From NCBI GenBank assembly GCA_039621445.1, contig CP154954.1:34259737-34323736 (forward strand): a stretch of DNA of 64,000 bases, in the 5' to 3' direction. A model generated the notes under the pieces. That model had not been told where the DNA came from. It did no database searches and saw only the letters and a program-made list of their open reading frames with translations. Position numbers and translations under genes: made by a program. Each line of letters opens with the position of its first letter. Position 1 is the stretch's first letter. Shown here piece by piece: positions 14,501-25,931 of this stretch. The DNA comes from Euglena gracilis. Taxonomy: Eukaryota.

Positions 14501-17500
14501 CCTCCTGGAACACCCATTCGGTTACTCGGAGCAAGGCCCAATTTGGTCCATGTTTACGTGGTAACCTGGGCTGACCTGGTAAATGCCCCCGGAACGGTCG
14601 AATGCACCAAACTAAATGTGCTCATTTCTTGCAACCAACATTCCCGCTGCATGTTTTTCTTACCATTAAACCACGGCAATCATGAAACCAACGGGTCCCC
14701 TGACTTTGTAGGCCTCCTGGAACACCCATTCGGTTACTCGGAGCAAGGCCCAATTTGGTCCATTTTTACGTGGTAACCTGGGCTGACCTGGTAAATGCCC
14801 CCGGAATGGTCGAATGCACCAGTCTAAATGTGCTCATTTCTTGCAACCTACATTCCCGCTGCATGTTTTTCTTACCATTAAACCACGACAATCATGAAAC
14901 CAATGGGTCCCCTGACTTTGGAGGCCTCCTGGAACACCCATTCGGTTACTCGGAGTAAGGCCCAATTTGGTCCATTTTTACATGGTAACCTGGGTTGACC
15001 TGGTAAATGTCCCCCGGAATGGTCGAATGCACCCATCTAAATGTGCTCATTTCTTGCAACCAACATTCCCGCTGCATGTTTTTCTTACCATTAAACCACG
15101 ACAATCATGAAACCAACGGGTCCCCTGACTTTGGAGGCCTCCTGGAACACCCATTCGGTTACTCGGAGCAAGGCCCATTTTGGTCCATGTTTACGTGGTA
15201 ACCTGGGCTGACCTGGTAAATGCCCCCGGAACGGTCGAATGCACCCATCTAAATGTGCTCATTTCTTGCAAACAACATTCCCGTTGAATGTGTTTCTTAC
15301 CATTCAACCACGACAATCATGAAACCAACGGGTCCCCTGACTTTGGAGGCCTCCTCCAACACCCATTCGGTTTCCCGGAGTAAGGCCCAATTTGGCCCAT
15401 TTTTACATGGTAACCTGGGCTGACCTGGTAAATGTCCCCCAGAATGGTCGAATGCACCCATCTAAATGTGCCCATTTCTTGCAACCAACATTCCCGATGC
15501 ATGGTTTTCTTACCACTAATCCAAGACAATCATGAAACCAACGGGTCCCCTGACTTTTGGAGGCCTCCTGGAACACCCATTCGGTTACTCGGAGTAAGGC
15601 CCAATTTGGTCCATTTTTACATGGTAACCTGGACTGACATGATAAATGTCCCCCGTAATGGTCGAATGCACCAATCTAATTGTGCTCATTTCTTGCAACC
15701 AATATTCCCGCTGCATGGTTTTCTTAACATTCAACCACGACAATCATGAAACCAACGGGTCCCCTGACTTTGGAGGCCTCCTGGAACACCCATTCGGTTA
15801 CTCGGAGTAAGGCCCAATTTGGTCCATTTTTTACATGGTAACCTGGGCTGACCAGGTAAATGTCCCCCGGAATGGTCGAATGCATCAATCTAATTGTGCT
15901 CATTTATTGCAACCAATATTCCCGCTGCATGGTTTTCTTACCATTCAACCACGACAATCATGAAACCAACGGGTCCCCTGACTTTGGAGGCCTCCTGGAA
16001 CACCCATTCGGTTACTTGGAGTAAGGCCCAATTTGGTCCATTTTTACATGGTAACCTGGGCTGACCTGGTAAATGTCCCCCGGAATGGTCGAATGCACCA
16101 ATCTAATTGTGCTCATTTCTTGCATCCAACATTCCAGCTGAATGGGTTTCTTAACACTAAACCACGACAATCATGAAACCAATGGGTCCCCTGACTTTGG
16201 AGGCCTCCTGGAACACCCACTCGGTTACTCGGAGTATGGCCCAATTTGGTCCATTTTTACATGGTAACCTGGGCTGACCTGGTAAATGTCCCCCGGAATG
16301 GTCGAATGCACCCATCTAAATGTGTTGATTTCTTTCAACCAACATTCCCGCTGCATGTTTTCCTTCCATTAAACCACGACAATCATGAAACCAGCGGGTA
16401 CCCTGACTTTGGAGGCCTCCTGGAACACCCATTCGGTTACTCGGAGTCAGGCCCAATTTGGTCCATTTTTATGTGGTAACCTGGGCTGACCTGGTAAATA
16501 TCCCCCGGAATGGTCGAAAGCACCCATCTAAATGTACTCATTTCTTGCAACCAACGTTCTCACTGCATGTGTTTCTTACCATTAAACCACGACACTCATG
16601 AAACCACCGGGTCCCCTGACTTTGGAGGCCTCCTGCAACACCCATTCGGTTACTCGGAGTAAGGCCCAATTTGGTCCATTTTTACGTGGTAACCTGGGCT
16701 GACCTGGTAAATGTCCCCCGGAATGGTCGAATGCACCAATCTAATTGTGCTCATTTCTTGCATCCAACATTCCAGCTGCATGGGTTTCTTAACACTAAAC
16801 CACGACAATCATGAAACCAACGGGTCCCCTGACTTTGGAGGCCTCCTGGAACACCCATTCGGTTACTTGGAGTAAGGCCCAATTTGGTCCATTTTTACAT
16901 GGTAACGTGGGCTGACCTGGTATATGTCCCCCGGAATGGTCGAATGCACCCATCTAAATGTGCTCATTTCTTGCAACCAACATCCTGCTGCATGTTTTTC
17001 TTACCATTAAACCACGACAATCATGAAACCAACGGGTCCCCTGACTTTGCAGGCCTCCTGGAACACCCATTCGGTTACTCGGAGTAAGGCCCAATTTGGT
17101 CTATTTTTACGTGGTAACCTGGGCTGACCTGGTAAATGTCCCCCGGAATGGTCGAATGCACCCATCTAAATGTGCTCAATTCGTGCACCAACATTCCTGC
17201 TGCATTTTTTTCTTACCATTAAACCACAATAATCATGAAACCAAAGGGTCCCCTGACTTTGAGGCCTCCTGGAGGCCCCCTGGAACACCCATTCGGTTAC
17301 TCGGAGTAAGGCCCAAGTTGGTCCATTTTTACACGGTAACCTGGGCTGACCTGATAAATGTCCCCCGGAATGGTCGAATGCGCCCATCTAAATGTGCTCA
17401 TTTCTTGCAACCAACATTCCCGCTGCATGTGCTTCTTACCGCTCAACCACGACAATCATGAAAACAGCGGGTCCCCTGACTTTGGAGGCCTCCTGGAACA

Positions 17501-20500
17501 CCCATTCGGTTACTCGGAGTAAGGCCCAACTTGGTCCATTTTTACATGGTAACCTGGGCTGACCTGGTAAATGTCCCCCGGAATGGTCGAATGCACCCAT
17601 ATAACTGTGCTCATTTCTTGCAACCAACATTCCCGCTGCATGTTTTTCTTACCATTAAACCACGAAAATCATGAAACCAACGGGTCCCCTGACTTTGGAG
17701 GCCTCCTGGAACACCCACTCGGTTACTCGGAGTAAGGCCCAACTTGGTCCATTTTTACATGGTAACCTGGCTGACCTGGTAAATGTCCTCCGGAATGGTC
17801 GAATTCACCCATCTAAATGTGCTGATTTCTTGCAACCAACATTCCCGCTGCATGTTTTTCTTACCATTAAAGCACGACAATCATGAAACCAGCGGGTCCC
17901 CTGACTTTGGAGGCCTCCTGGAACACCCATTCGGTTACTTGGAGTAAGGCCCAATTTGGTCCATTTTTACATGGTAACCTGGGCTGACCTGGTAAATGTC
18001 CCCCGGAATGGTCGAATGCACCCTTATAAATGTGCTCATTTCTTGCATCCAACATTTCAGCTGCATGGGTTTCCTAACACTAAACCACGACAATCATGAA
18101 ACCAATGGGTCCCCTGACTTTGGAGGCCTCCTGGAACACCCACTCGGTTACTCGGAGTATGGCCCAATTTGGTCCATTTTTACATGGTAACCTGGGCTGA
18201 CCTGGTAAATGTCCCCCGGAATGGTCGAATGCACCCATCTAAATGTGTTGATTTATTGCAACCAACATTCCCGCTGCATGTTTTCCTTCCATTAAACCAC
18301 GACAATCATGAAACCAGCGGGTACCCTGACTTTGGAGGCCTCCTGGAACACCCATTCGGTTACTCGGAGTCAGGCCCAATTTGGTCCATTTTTATGTGGT
18401 AACCTGGGCTGACCTGGTAAATATCCCCCGGAATGGTCGAATGCACCCATCTAAAGGTACTCATTTCTTGCAACCAACTTTCCCACTGCATGTGTTTCTT
18501 ACCATTAAACCACGACACTCATGAAACCAACGGGTCCCCTGACTTTGGAGGCCTCCTGCAACACCCATTCGGTTACTCGGAGTAAGGCCCAATTTGGTCC
18601 ATTTTTACGTGGTAACCTGGGCTGACCTGGTAAATGTCCCCCGGAATGGTCGAATGCACCAATCTAATTGTGCTCATTTCTTGCATCCAACATTCCAGCT
18701 GCATGGGTTTCTTAACACTAAACCACGACAATCATGAAACCAACGGGTCCCCTGACTTTGGAGGCCTCCTGGAACACCCATTCGGTTACTCGGAGTAAGG
18801 CCCAATTTGGTCCATTTTTACATGGTAACGTGGGCTGACCTGGTAAATGTCCCCCGGAATGGTCGAATGCACCCATCTAAGTGTGCTCATTTCTTGCAAC
18901 CAACATTCCTGCTGCATGTTTTTCTTACCATTAAACCACGACAATCATGAAACCAACGGGTCCCCTGACTTTGGAGGCCTCCTGGAACACCCATTCGGTT
19001 ACTCGGAGTAAGGCCCAATTTGGTCCATTTTTACGTGGTAACCTGGGCTGACTTGGTAAATGTCCCCGGAATGGTCGAATGCACCCATCTAAATGTGCTC
19101 ATTTCTTGCAACCAACATTCCCGCTGCATGTTTTTCTTACCATTGAACCACAATAATCATGAAACCAAAGGGTCCCCTGACTTTGAGGCCTCCTGGAGGC
19201 CCCCTGGAACACCCATTCGGTTACTCGGAGTAAGGCCCAAGTTGGTCCATTTTTACATTGTAACCTGGGCTGACCTGATAAATGTCCCCCGGAATGGTCG
19301 AATGCGCCCATCTAAATGTGCTCATTTCTTGCAACCAACATTCCCGCTGCATGTGCTTCTTACCGCTCAACCACGACAATCATGAAAACAGCGGGTCCCC
19401 TGACTTTGGAGGTCTCCTGGAACACCCATTCGGTTACTCGGAGTAAGGCCCAACTTGGTCCATTTTTACATGGTAACCTGGGCTGACATGGTAAATGTCC
19501 CCCGGAATGGTCGAATGCACCCATATAACTGTGCTCATTTCTTGCAACCAACATTCCCGCTGCATGTTTTTCTTACCATTAAACCACGAAAATCATGAAA
19601 CCAACGGGTCCCCTGACTTTGGAGGCCTCATGGAACACCCACTCGGTTACTCGGAGTAAGGCCCAATTTGGTCCATTTTTACATGGTAACCTGGCTGACC
19701 TGGTAAATGTCCTCCGGAATGGTCGAATTCACCCATCTAAATGTGCTGATTTCTTGCAACCAACATTCCCGCTGCATGTTTTTCTTACCATTAAAGCACG
19801 ACAATCATGAAACCAGCGGGTCCCCTGACTTTGGAGGCCTCCTGGAACACCCATTCGGTTACTCGGAGTCAGGCCCAATTTGGTCCATTTTTACGTGGTA
19901 ACCTGGGCTGACCTGGTAAGTGTCCCCCGGAATGGTCGAACGCACCCAACTAAATGCGCTCATTTCTTGCAACCAACATTCCCGCTGCATGTGTTTCTTA
20001 CCATTCAACCACGACAATCATGAAACCAACGGGTCCCCTGACTTTGGAGGCCTCCTCCAACACCCATTCGGTTTCCCGGAGTAAGGCCCAATTTGGCCCA
20101 TTTTTACATGGTAACCTGGGCTGACCTGGTAAATGTCCCCCAGAATGGTCGAATGCACCCACCTAATTGTGCTCATTTCTTGCAACTAATATTCCCGATG
20201 CATGGTTTTCTTACCACTAATCCAAGACAATCATGAAACCAACGGGTCCCCTGACTTTTGGAGGCCTCCTGGAACACCCATTCGGTTACTCGGAGTAAGG
20301 CCCAATATGGTCGGTAACCTGGGCTGACCTGGTAAATGTCCCCCGGAATGGTCGAATGAATCAATCTAATTGTGCTCATTTCTTGCAACCAATATTCCCG
20401 CTGCATGGTTTTCTTAACATTCAACCACGACAATCATGAAACCAACGGGTCCCCTGACTTTGGAGGCCTCCTGGAACACCCATTCGGTTACTTGGAGTAA

Positions 20501-21636
20501 GGCCCAATTTGGTCCATTTTTACATGGTAACCTGGGCTGACCTGGTAAATGTCCCCCGGAATGGTCGAATGCACCAATCTAATTGTGCTCATTTCTTGCA
20601 TACAACATTCCAGCTGCATGGGTTTCTTAACACTAAACCACGACAATCGTGAAACCAACGGGTCCCCTGACTTTGGAGGCCTCCTGGAACACCCACTCGG
20701 TTACTCGGAGTATGGCCCAATTTGGTCCATTTTTACATGGTAACCTGGGCTGACCTGGTAAATGTCCCCCGGAATGGTCGAATGCACCCATCTAAATGTG
20801 TTGATTTCTTGCAACCAACATTCCCGCTGCATGATTTCCTTCCATTAAACCACGACAATCATGAAACCAGCGGGTACCCTGACTTTGGAGGCCTCCTGGA
20901 ACACCCATTCGGTTACTCGGAGTCAGGCCCAATTTGGTCCATTTTTATGTGGTAACCTGGGCTGACCTGGTAAATATCCCCCGGAATGGTCGAATGCACC
21001 CATCTAAATGTACTCATTTCTTGGAACCAACTTTCCCACTGCATGTGTTTCTTACCATTAAACCACGACACTCATGAAACCACCGGGTCCCCTGGCTTTG
21101 GAGGCCTCCTACAACACCCATTCGGTTACTCGGAGTAAGGCCCAATTTTGTCCATTTTTACGTGGTAACCTGGGCTGACCTGGTAAATGTCCCCCGGAAT
21201 GGTCGAATGCACCCATCTAAATGTGCTCACTTCTTGCAACCAATATTCCCGCTGCATGGTTTTCTTACCATTAAACCACGACAATCATGAAACCAACGGG
21301 TTCCCTGACTTTGGAGGCCTCCATCAACACCCACTCGGTTACTCGGAGTAAGGCCCAATTTGGTCCATTTTTACATGGTAACCTTGGCTGACCTGATAAA
21401 TGTCCCCCGGAATGGTCGAATGCACCCATCTAAATGTGCTCATTACATGCAACCAACATTCCCGCTGCATGTTTTTCTTACCATTAAAGCACGACAATCA
21501 TGAAACCAATGGGTCCCCTGACTTTGGAGGCCTCCTGGAACACCCATTCGGTTACTCGGAGTAAGGCCCAATTTGGTCCATTTTTGCATGGTAACCTGGG
21601 CTGACCTGGTAAATGTCCCCCGGAATGGTCGAATGC
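1..21636 (+). repeat. 213-bp satellite array, forward orientation, ~101 monomers (includes 212-bp subfamily)
   Basis: Monomer starts (TGGTAACC or near-identical) recur at 1, 214, 427, 640. Consensus TGGTAACCTGGGCTGACCTGGTAAATGTCCCCCGGAATGGTCGAATGCACCCATC...GGTCCATTTTTACA. The 212-bp variant (AATGCCCCCGG) produces the ORFs spaced 212 bp apart. Confidence 0.99.
5494..5660. other. Near-pure poly-C tract replacing ~55 bp of one monomer (probable sequencing/consensus artefact)
   Basis: ~167 bp of C with sporadic A/G. The paralogous monomer at ~2511-2580 has the same diagnostic downstream variants but ordinary sequence here. Confidence 0.85.
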
Positions 21637-21638
21637 TG

Positions 21639-22063
21639 TGTACCAGGTAGCCGTAAGGCCATGGTACTGTGTATGTAGGTATAAGCCTACGGCCAGATAT
21701 AGCTCTGAGCCCCATACACAGTACTACGCTAGGTGGTATTCCTAGAGATGGCCAACGGCCTGAATTAGGAATACCTAACCCTTATTATGGTTGTCCTCTC
21801 CACAGGTGGTATTTGTATTCTTATTTTCTTCTTCACTTGAATATCAAGTTTGATTTGTTTCATTTGAAGTCCGAAACGGACAGCCAAGTCACTTGGCATT
21901 TTCTTTGTGTAGCCCATAGGGCTTCTCCACCTGCCTTGTAAGCCCAAAGGCAATAAAAACTAATAGTTAAAAGATTTTCTTTTTTGTTACTCTCCTGTTT
22001 CTGTTCCCACGGGAGGGTGTAAGTAGGCCGACAGGCAGTGGGAATAGAGTCAGGGGACGTACA
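21639..22063 (+). repeat. Putative 5' LTR (425 bp), copy 1
   Basis: TG...CA ends with 5-bp inverted repeat TGTAC/GTACA. AATAAA at 21952-21957 followed by a T-rich tract. PBS immediately downstream. Start could alternatively be 21637. Confidence 0.7.
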
Positions 22064-22065
22064 CT

Positions 22066-22084
22066 TGGTAGCAGATTAGGTTTC
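22066..22084 (+). promoter_or_regulatory. Putative primer-binding site, initiator tRNA-Met-like
   Basis: TGGTAGCAGATTAGGTTTC. The first 10 nt match the complement of the eukaryotic initiator tRNA-Met 3' end (TGGTAGCAGAGGATGGTTTC in the vertebrate form). Canonical 2-nt spacing after the LTR CA. Confidence 0.7.
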
Positions 22085-22391
22085 TTTCCCACGCCCCTTC
22101 TTCCCCCCATCTTAACAGGTGACTTCAAACAGTGAGTGGTGCTGAGCCTATAGGCCACAAAGCATCCACGAGCTGTCTGGAGCCAACTTCGAAGCACAGG
22201 TACAAGCTTCAGGAGGCTCTCGGCAGTATACACTGCCACATCCTTCTAATTTTGTTCCTTTGCTTACTTTTTGGGGTTTCTTGTGCTTGTCTCTGCAAAT
22301 AAATAAAAATATACAGAGCTCAAGCACCAACACATCAAAAGCTTTGATTAGTTCTTTGAGAAAGTCTGATGAAGATTTGGTGCAGGAGTAT

Positions 22392-23510
22392 ATGCTCCAA
22401 CCCAGGTGTGTGGCCCTATATGGGGCAACTCCCAGCTCAATTGAGCATCCCCCCACCCCAGTGGTTTCCAGCTCTATTGAGCATCCCCCCACCCCAGTTT
22501 TCAGCTCTATTGAGCATCCCCTTACCATAATTTTCAGCTCTACCGAGCATTCACCCACCCCGCTTTCCAGCTCTATAAGCTCTGTCGAGCATTCCCCCCA
22601 CCCCGTTTTCCAGCTCTATCGAGCATTCCCCCCACAGCTCTATCGAGCAACCCCCCACCCAATGGGTGCCATACCAAACGGTGTCCAGCTCTATCGAGCA
22701 TCCCCCCACAGTGGCCAGCTCTATCGAGCAATTACCTCCAACCTCCAGCTCCATAGAGCATTCCCCCACCGTTCCCAGCTCTATCGAGCATTCCAACACC
22801 CAAAAGGTGCAACCCCTGACGGTATCAAGCTCCATCGAGCATCTCCCCACTCAGGAGTTTCCACACCTAACGGTGTTTGATTTAGGCGATAACCCCGCTG
22901 CTCAATGGGTGCAACGCCTATCGGCGAGGTGGCTCTATCGAGCAACCCATCGCCCAGTGTGACTGTCAACCTTTGCTGCAAAGTCAGGCACCTTGTGGTA
23001 ATTCTCTGCATCAGGATGTGGCAACGGTGCCTACAGGCACAATTGGCAAACAACCCACTGATGTGGTTTACCGCATGCTGCCAAAGGAGGCATTTTTGCA
23101 CATGCAACATAGTTTGCAAAAGTTGATTACAAAAGTGGAGCCAATAACGGCACTTTCTGGGCACAAAAATCCTGATATGGGAGCTTTTGTTACGTTGGAG
23201 CAGTTAAGTGCATTCCAGGAAGCGCAACAGCTCATCATGCAACTGAGCCGTGAATCAGCAAATTTTCACCATATGCACACCCAACGTGGTGAAGGTTTCG
23301 CTTCCAGCACTTATGTGCAGCAATTGGAGGAAAGACTTTCCCGGTTGGAGCGAAACTCATGCAGGTGTGGTGAAAATTCTGCTGAACTAACAAGTTTTTA
23401 CGCCCATATCGCGAATATCGCAAGCAGGCAGGATGCTTTCCACCAACGGTGGCAGAATAATATTGTGGACATCCAAACCGCAATTGCGGAGTTGAAGAAC
23501 CGCAATGCGG
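22392..23510 (+). pseudogene. Degenerate gag-position ORF (SSIEHPPT repeats then predicted coiled coil), frameshifted near 22600 and 22931, truncated by the 162-bp repeat
   Basis: Track ORFs 22260-22880, 22666-22962 and 22973-23953 join into one peptide. Heptad-like segments YVQQLEERLSRLERN and DIQTAIAELKNRN. Assignment is positional; no CCHC knuckle seen. Confidence 0.45.
22431..22850 (+). repeat. ~30-bp minisatellite (CCAGCTCTATCGAGCATCCCCCCAC core), ~12 copies
   Basis: Core recurs, with exact 30-bp period at 22685, 22715, 22745, 22775; encodes SSIEHPPT-like repeats. Confidence 0.9.
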
Positions 23511-24328
23511 TCGCCGACCCATTGACTTTGGGTCAAAACCGGGTCGAAAAAGTCGAAAAAATCGAAAAAAAAATTTTTGCCCGAAACGATGTTTTTTGGC
23601 CTCCAGCACCCGGAAAAACTGTTTTTGAGCCGAAAATGAGCGTTTTTCGACCCGCCAGAGCCCCGTTTTGGGCCGCCGACCCAATGACTTTGGGTCAAAC
23701 CCGGGTCAAAAAAATCGAAAAAAATCGAAAAAAATTTTTTGCCCGAAACGATGTTTTTTGGCCTCCCGGACCCGGAAAAACTGTTTTTGAGCCGAAAACG
23801 AGCGTTTTTCGACCCGCCAGCGCCCCGTTTTGGGCCGCCGACCCATTGACTTTGGGTCAAAACCGGGTCGAAAAAGTCGAAAAAAAACGAAAAAAATTTT
23901 TTTGCCCGAAACGATGTTTTTTGGCCTCCCGGACCCGGAAAAACTGTTTTTGAGCCGAAAACGAGCGTTTTTCGACCCGCCAGCGCCCCGTTTTGGGCCG
24001 CCGACCCATTGACTTTGGGTCAAAACCGGGTCGAAAAGGTCGAAAAAAATCGAAAAAAATTTTTTTTGCCCGAAACGATGTTTTTTTGGCCTCCCGGACC
24101 CAGAAAAAACTGTTTTTGAGCCGAAAACGAGCGTTTTTCGACCCGCCAGCGCCCCGTTTTGGGCCGCCGACCCATTGATTTTGGGTCAAAACCGGGTCGA
24201 AAAAGTCGAAAAAAATCGAAAAATATTTTGCCCGAAACGATGTTTTTTGGGCTCCCGACCCGGAAAAACTGTTTTTGAGCCGAAACGAGCGTTTTCGACC
24301 CGCCAGCGCCACGTTTTGGGCCGCCGAC
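23511..24328 (+). repeat. ~162-bp tandem repeat with A/T tracts, 5 units
   Basis: GCCGAC marker ends at 23518, 23680, 23842, 24005, 24171, 24328. Confidence 0.97.
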
Positions 24329-25177
24329 CCATCTAAATGGTTGATTTTCTTGCAACCAACATTCCCGCTGCATGATTTCCTTCCATTAAACCACGACAAT
24401 CATGAAACCAGCGGGTACCCTGACTTTGGAGGCCTCCTGGAACACCCATTCGGTTACTCGGAGTCAGGCCCAATTTGGTCCATTTTTATGTGGTAACCTG
24501 GGCTGACCTGGTAAATATCCCCCGGAATGGTCGAATGCACCCATCTAAATGTACTCATTTCTTGGAACCAACTTTCCCACTGCATGTGTTTCTTACCATT
24601 AAACCACGACACTCATGAAACCACCGGGTCCCCTGGCTTTGGAGGCCTCCTACAACACCCATTCGGTTACTCGGAGTAAGGCCCAATTTTGTCCATTTTT
24701 ACGTGGTAACCTGGGCTGACCTGGTAAATGTCCCCCGGAATGGTCGAATGCACCCATCTAAATGTGCTCACTTCTTGCAACCAATATTCCCGCTGCATGG
24801 TTTTCTTACCATTAAACCACGACAATCATGAAACCAACGGGTTCCCTGACTTTGGAGGCCTCCATCAACACCCACTCGGTTACTCGGAGTAAGGCCCAAT
24901 TTGGTCCATTTTTACATGGTAACCTTGGCTGACCTGATAAATGTCCCCCGGAATGGTCGAATGCACCCATCTAAATGTGCTCATTACATGCAACCAACAT
25001 TCCCGCTGCATGTTTTTCTTACCATTAAAGCACGACAATCATGAAACCAATGGGTCCCCTGACTTTGGAGGCCTCCTGGAACACCCATTCGGTTACTCGG
25101 AGTAAGGCCCAATTTGGTCCATTTTTGCATGGTAACCTGGGCTGACCTGGTAAATGTCCCCCGGAATGGTCGAATGC
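24327..25177 (+). repeat. 213-bp satellite, 4 monomers, duplicate of 20786-21636
   Basis: Same private variants (ATGATTTCCTTCC, CCATCAACAC, CATTACATGC) at offset 3541. Confidence 0.97.
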
Positions 25178-25179
25178 TG

Positions 25180-25603
25180 TGTACCAGGTAGCCGTAAGGC
25201 CATGGTACTGTGTATGTAGGTATAAGCCTACGGCCAGATATAGCTCTGAGCCCCATACACAGTACTACGCTAGGTGGTATTCCTAGAGATGGCCAACGGC
25301 CTGAATTAGGAATACCTAACCCTTATTATGGTTGTCCTCTCCACAGGTGGTATTTGTATTCTTATTTTCTTCTTCACTTGAATATCAAGTTTGATTTGTT
25401 TCATTTGAAGTCCGAAACGGACAGCCAAGTCACTTGGCATTTTCTTTGTGTAGCCCATAGGGCTTCTCCACCTGCCTTGTAAGCCCAAAGGCAATAAAAA
25501 CTAATAGTTAAAAGATTTTCTTGTTTTTACTCTCCTGTTTCTGTTCCCACGGGAGGGTGTAAGTAGGCCGACAGGCAGTGGGAATAGAGTCAGGGGACGT
25601 ACA
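25180..25603 (+). repeat. Putative 5' LTR, copy 2
   Basis: TGTAC...GTACA; the only difference noticed from copy 1 is in the T-tract near 25520. Confidence 0.7.
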
Positions 25604-25605
25604 CT

Positions 25606-25624
25606 TGGTAGCAGATTAGGTTTC
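25606..25624 (+). promoter_or_regulatory. Putative primer-binding site, copy 2
   Basis: TGGTAGCAGATTAGGTTTC, 2 nt after GTACA. Confidence 0.7.
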
Positions 25625-25931
25625 TTTCCCACGCCCCTTCTTCCCCCCATCTTAACAGGTGACTTCAAACAGTGAGTGGTGCTGAGCCTATAGGCCACAA
25701 AGCATCCACGAGCTGTCTGGAGCCAACTTCGAAGCACAGGTACAAGCTTCAGGAGGCTCTCGGCAGTATACACTGCCACATCCTTCTAATTTTGTTCCTT
25801 TGCTTACTTTTTGGGGTTTCTTGTGCTTGTCTCTGCAAATAAATAAAAATATACAGAGCTCAAGCACCAACACATCAAAAGCTTTGATTAGTTCTTTGAG
25901 AAAGTCTGATGAAGATTTGGTGCAGGAGTAT

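Larger units (their letters stand above)
21637..23510 (+). mobile_element. 3'-truncated LTR-retrotransposon-like element, copy 1 (5' LTR, PBS, gag-position ORF; no pol, no 3' LTR)
   Basis: Satellite stops at GAATGC|. Unique sequence bounded by TGTAC...GTACA is followed 2 nt later by TGGTAGCAGA, then a long degenerate reading frame. Confidence 0.7.

Noticed and set aside
57..21440. Ladder of 60-100 aa ORFs (MVHFYVVTWADLVNAPG...) as a tandem gene family
   Set aside because: They are translations of the satellite in all frames, mostly start at TTG/GTG, overlap each other, and appear or vanish with 1-bp indels.
22360..22400. Hammerhead ribozyme core at CTGATGA
   Set aside because: No stem II followed by GAAA or pairing arms found.
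21639..25603. The two LTR copies as the 5' and 3' LTRs of one complete element
   Set aside because: Both are followed by PBS and ORF and preceded by the same four satellite monomers; no PPT or TSD. This is a tandem duplication.
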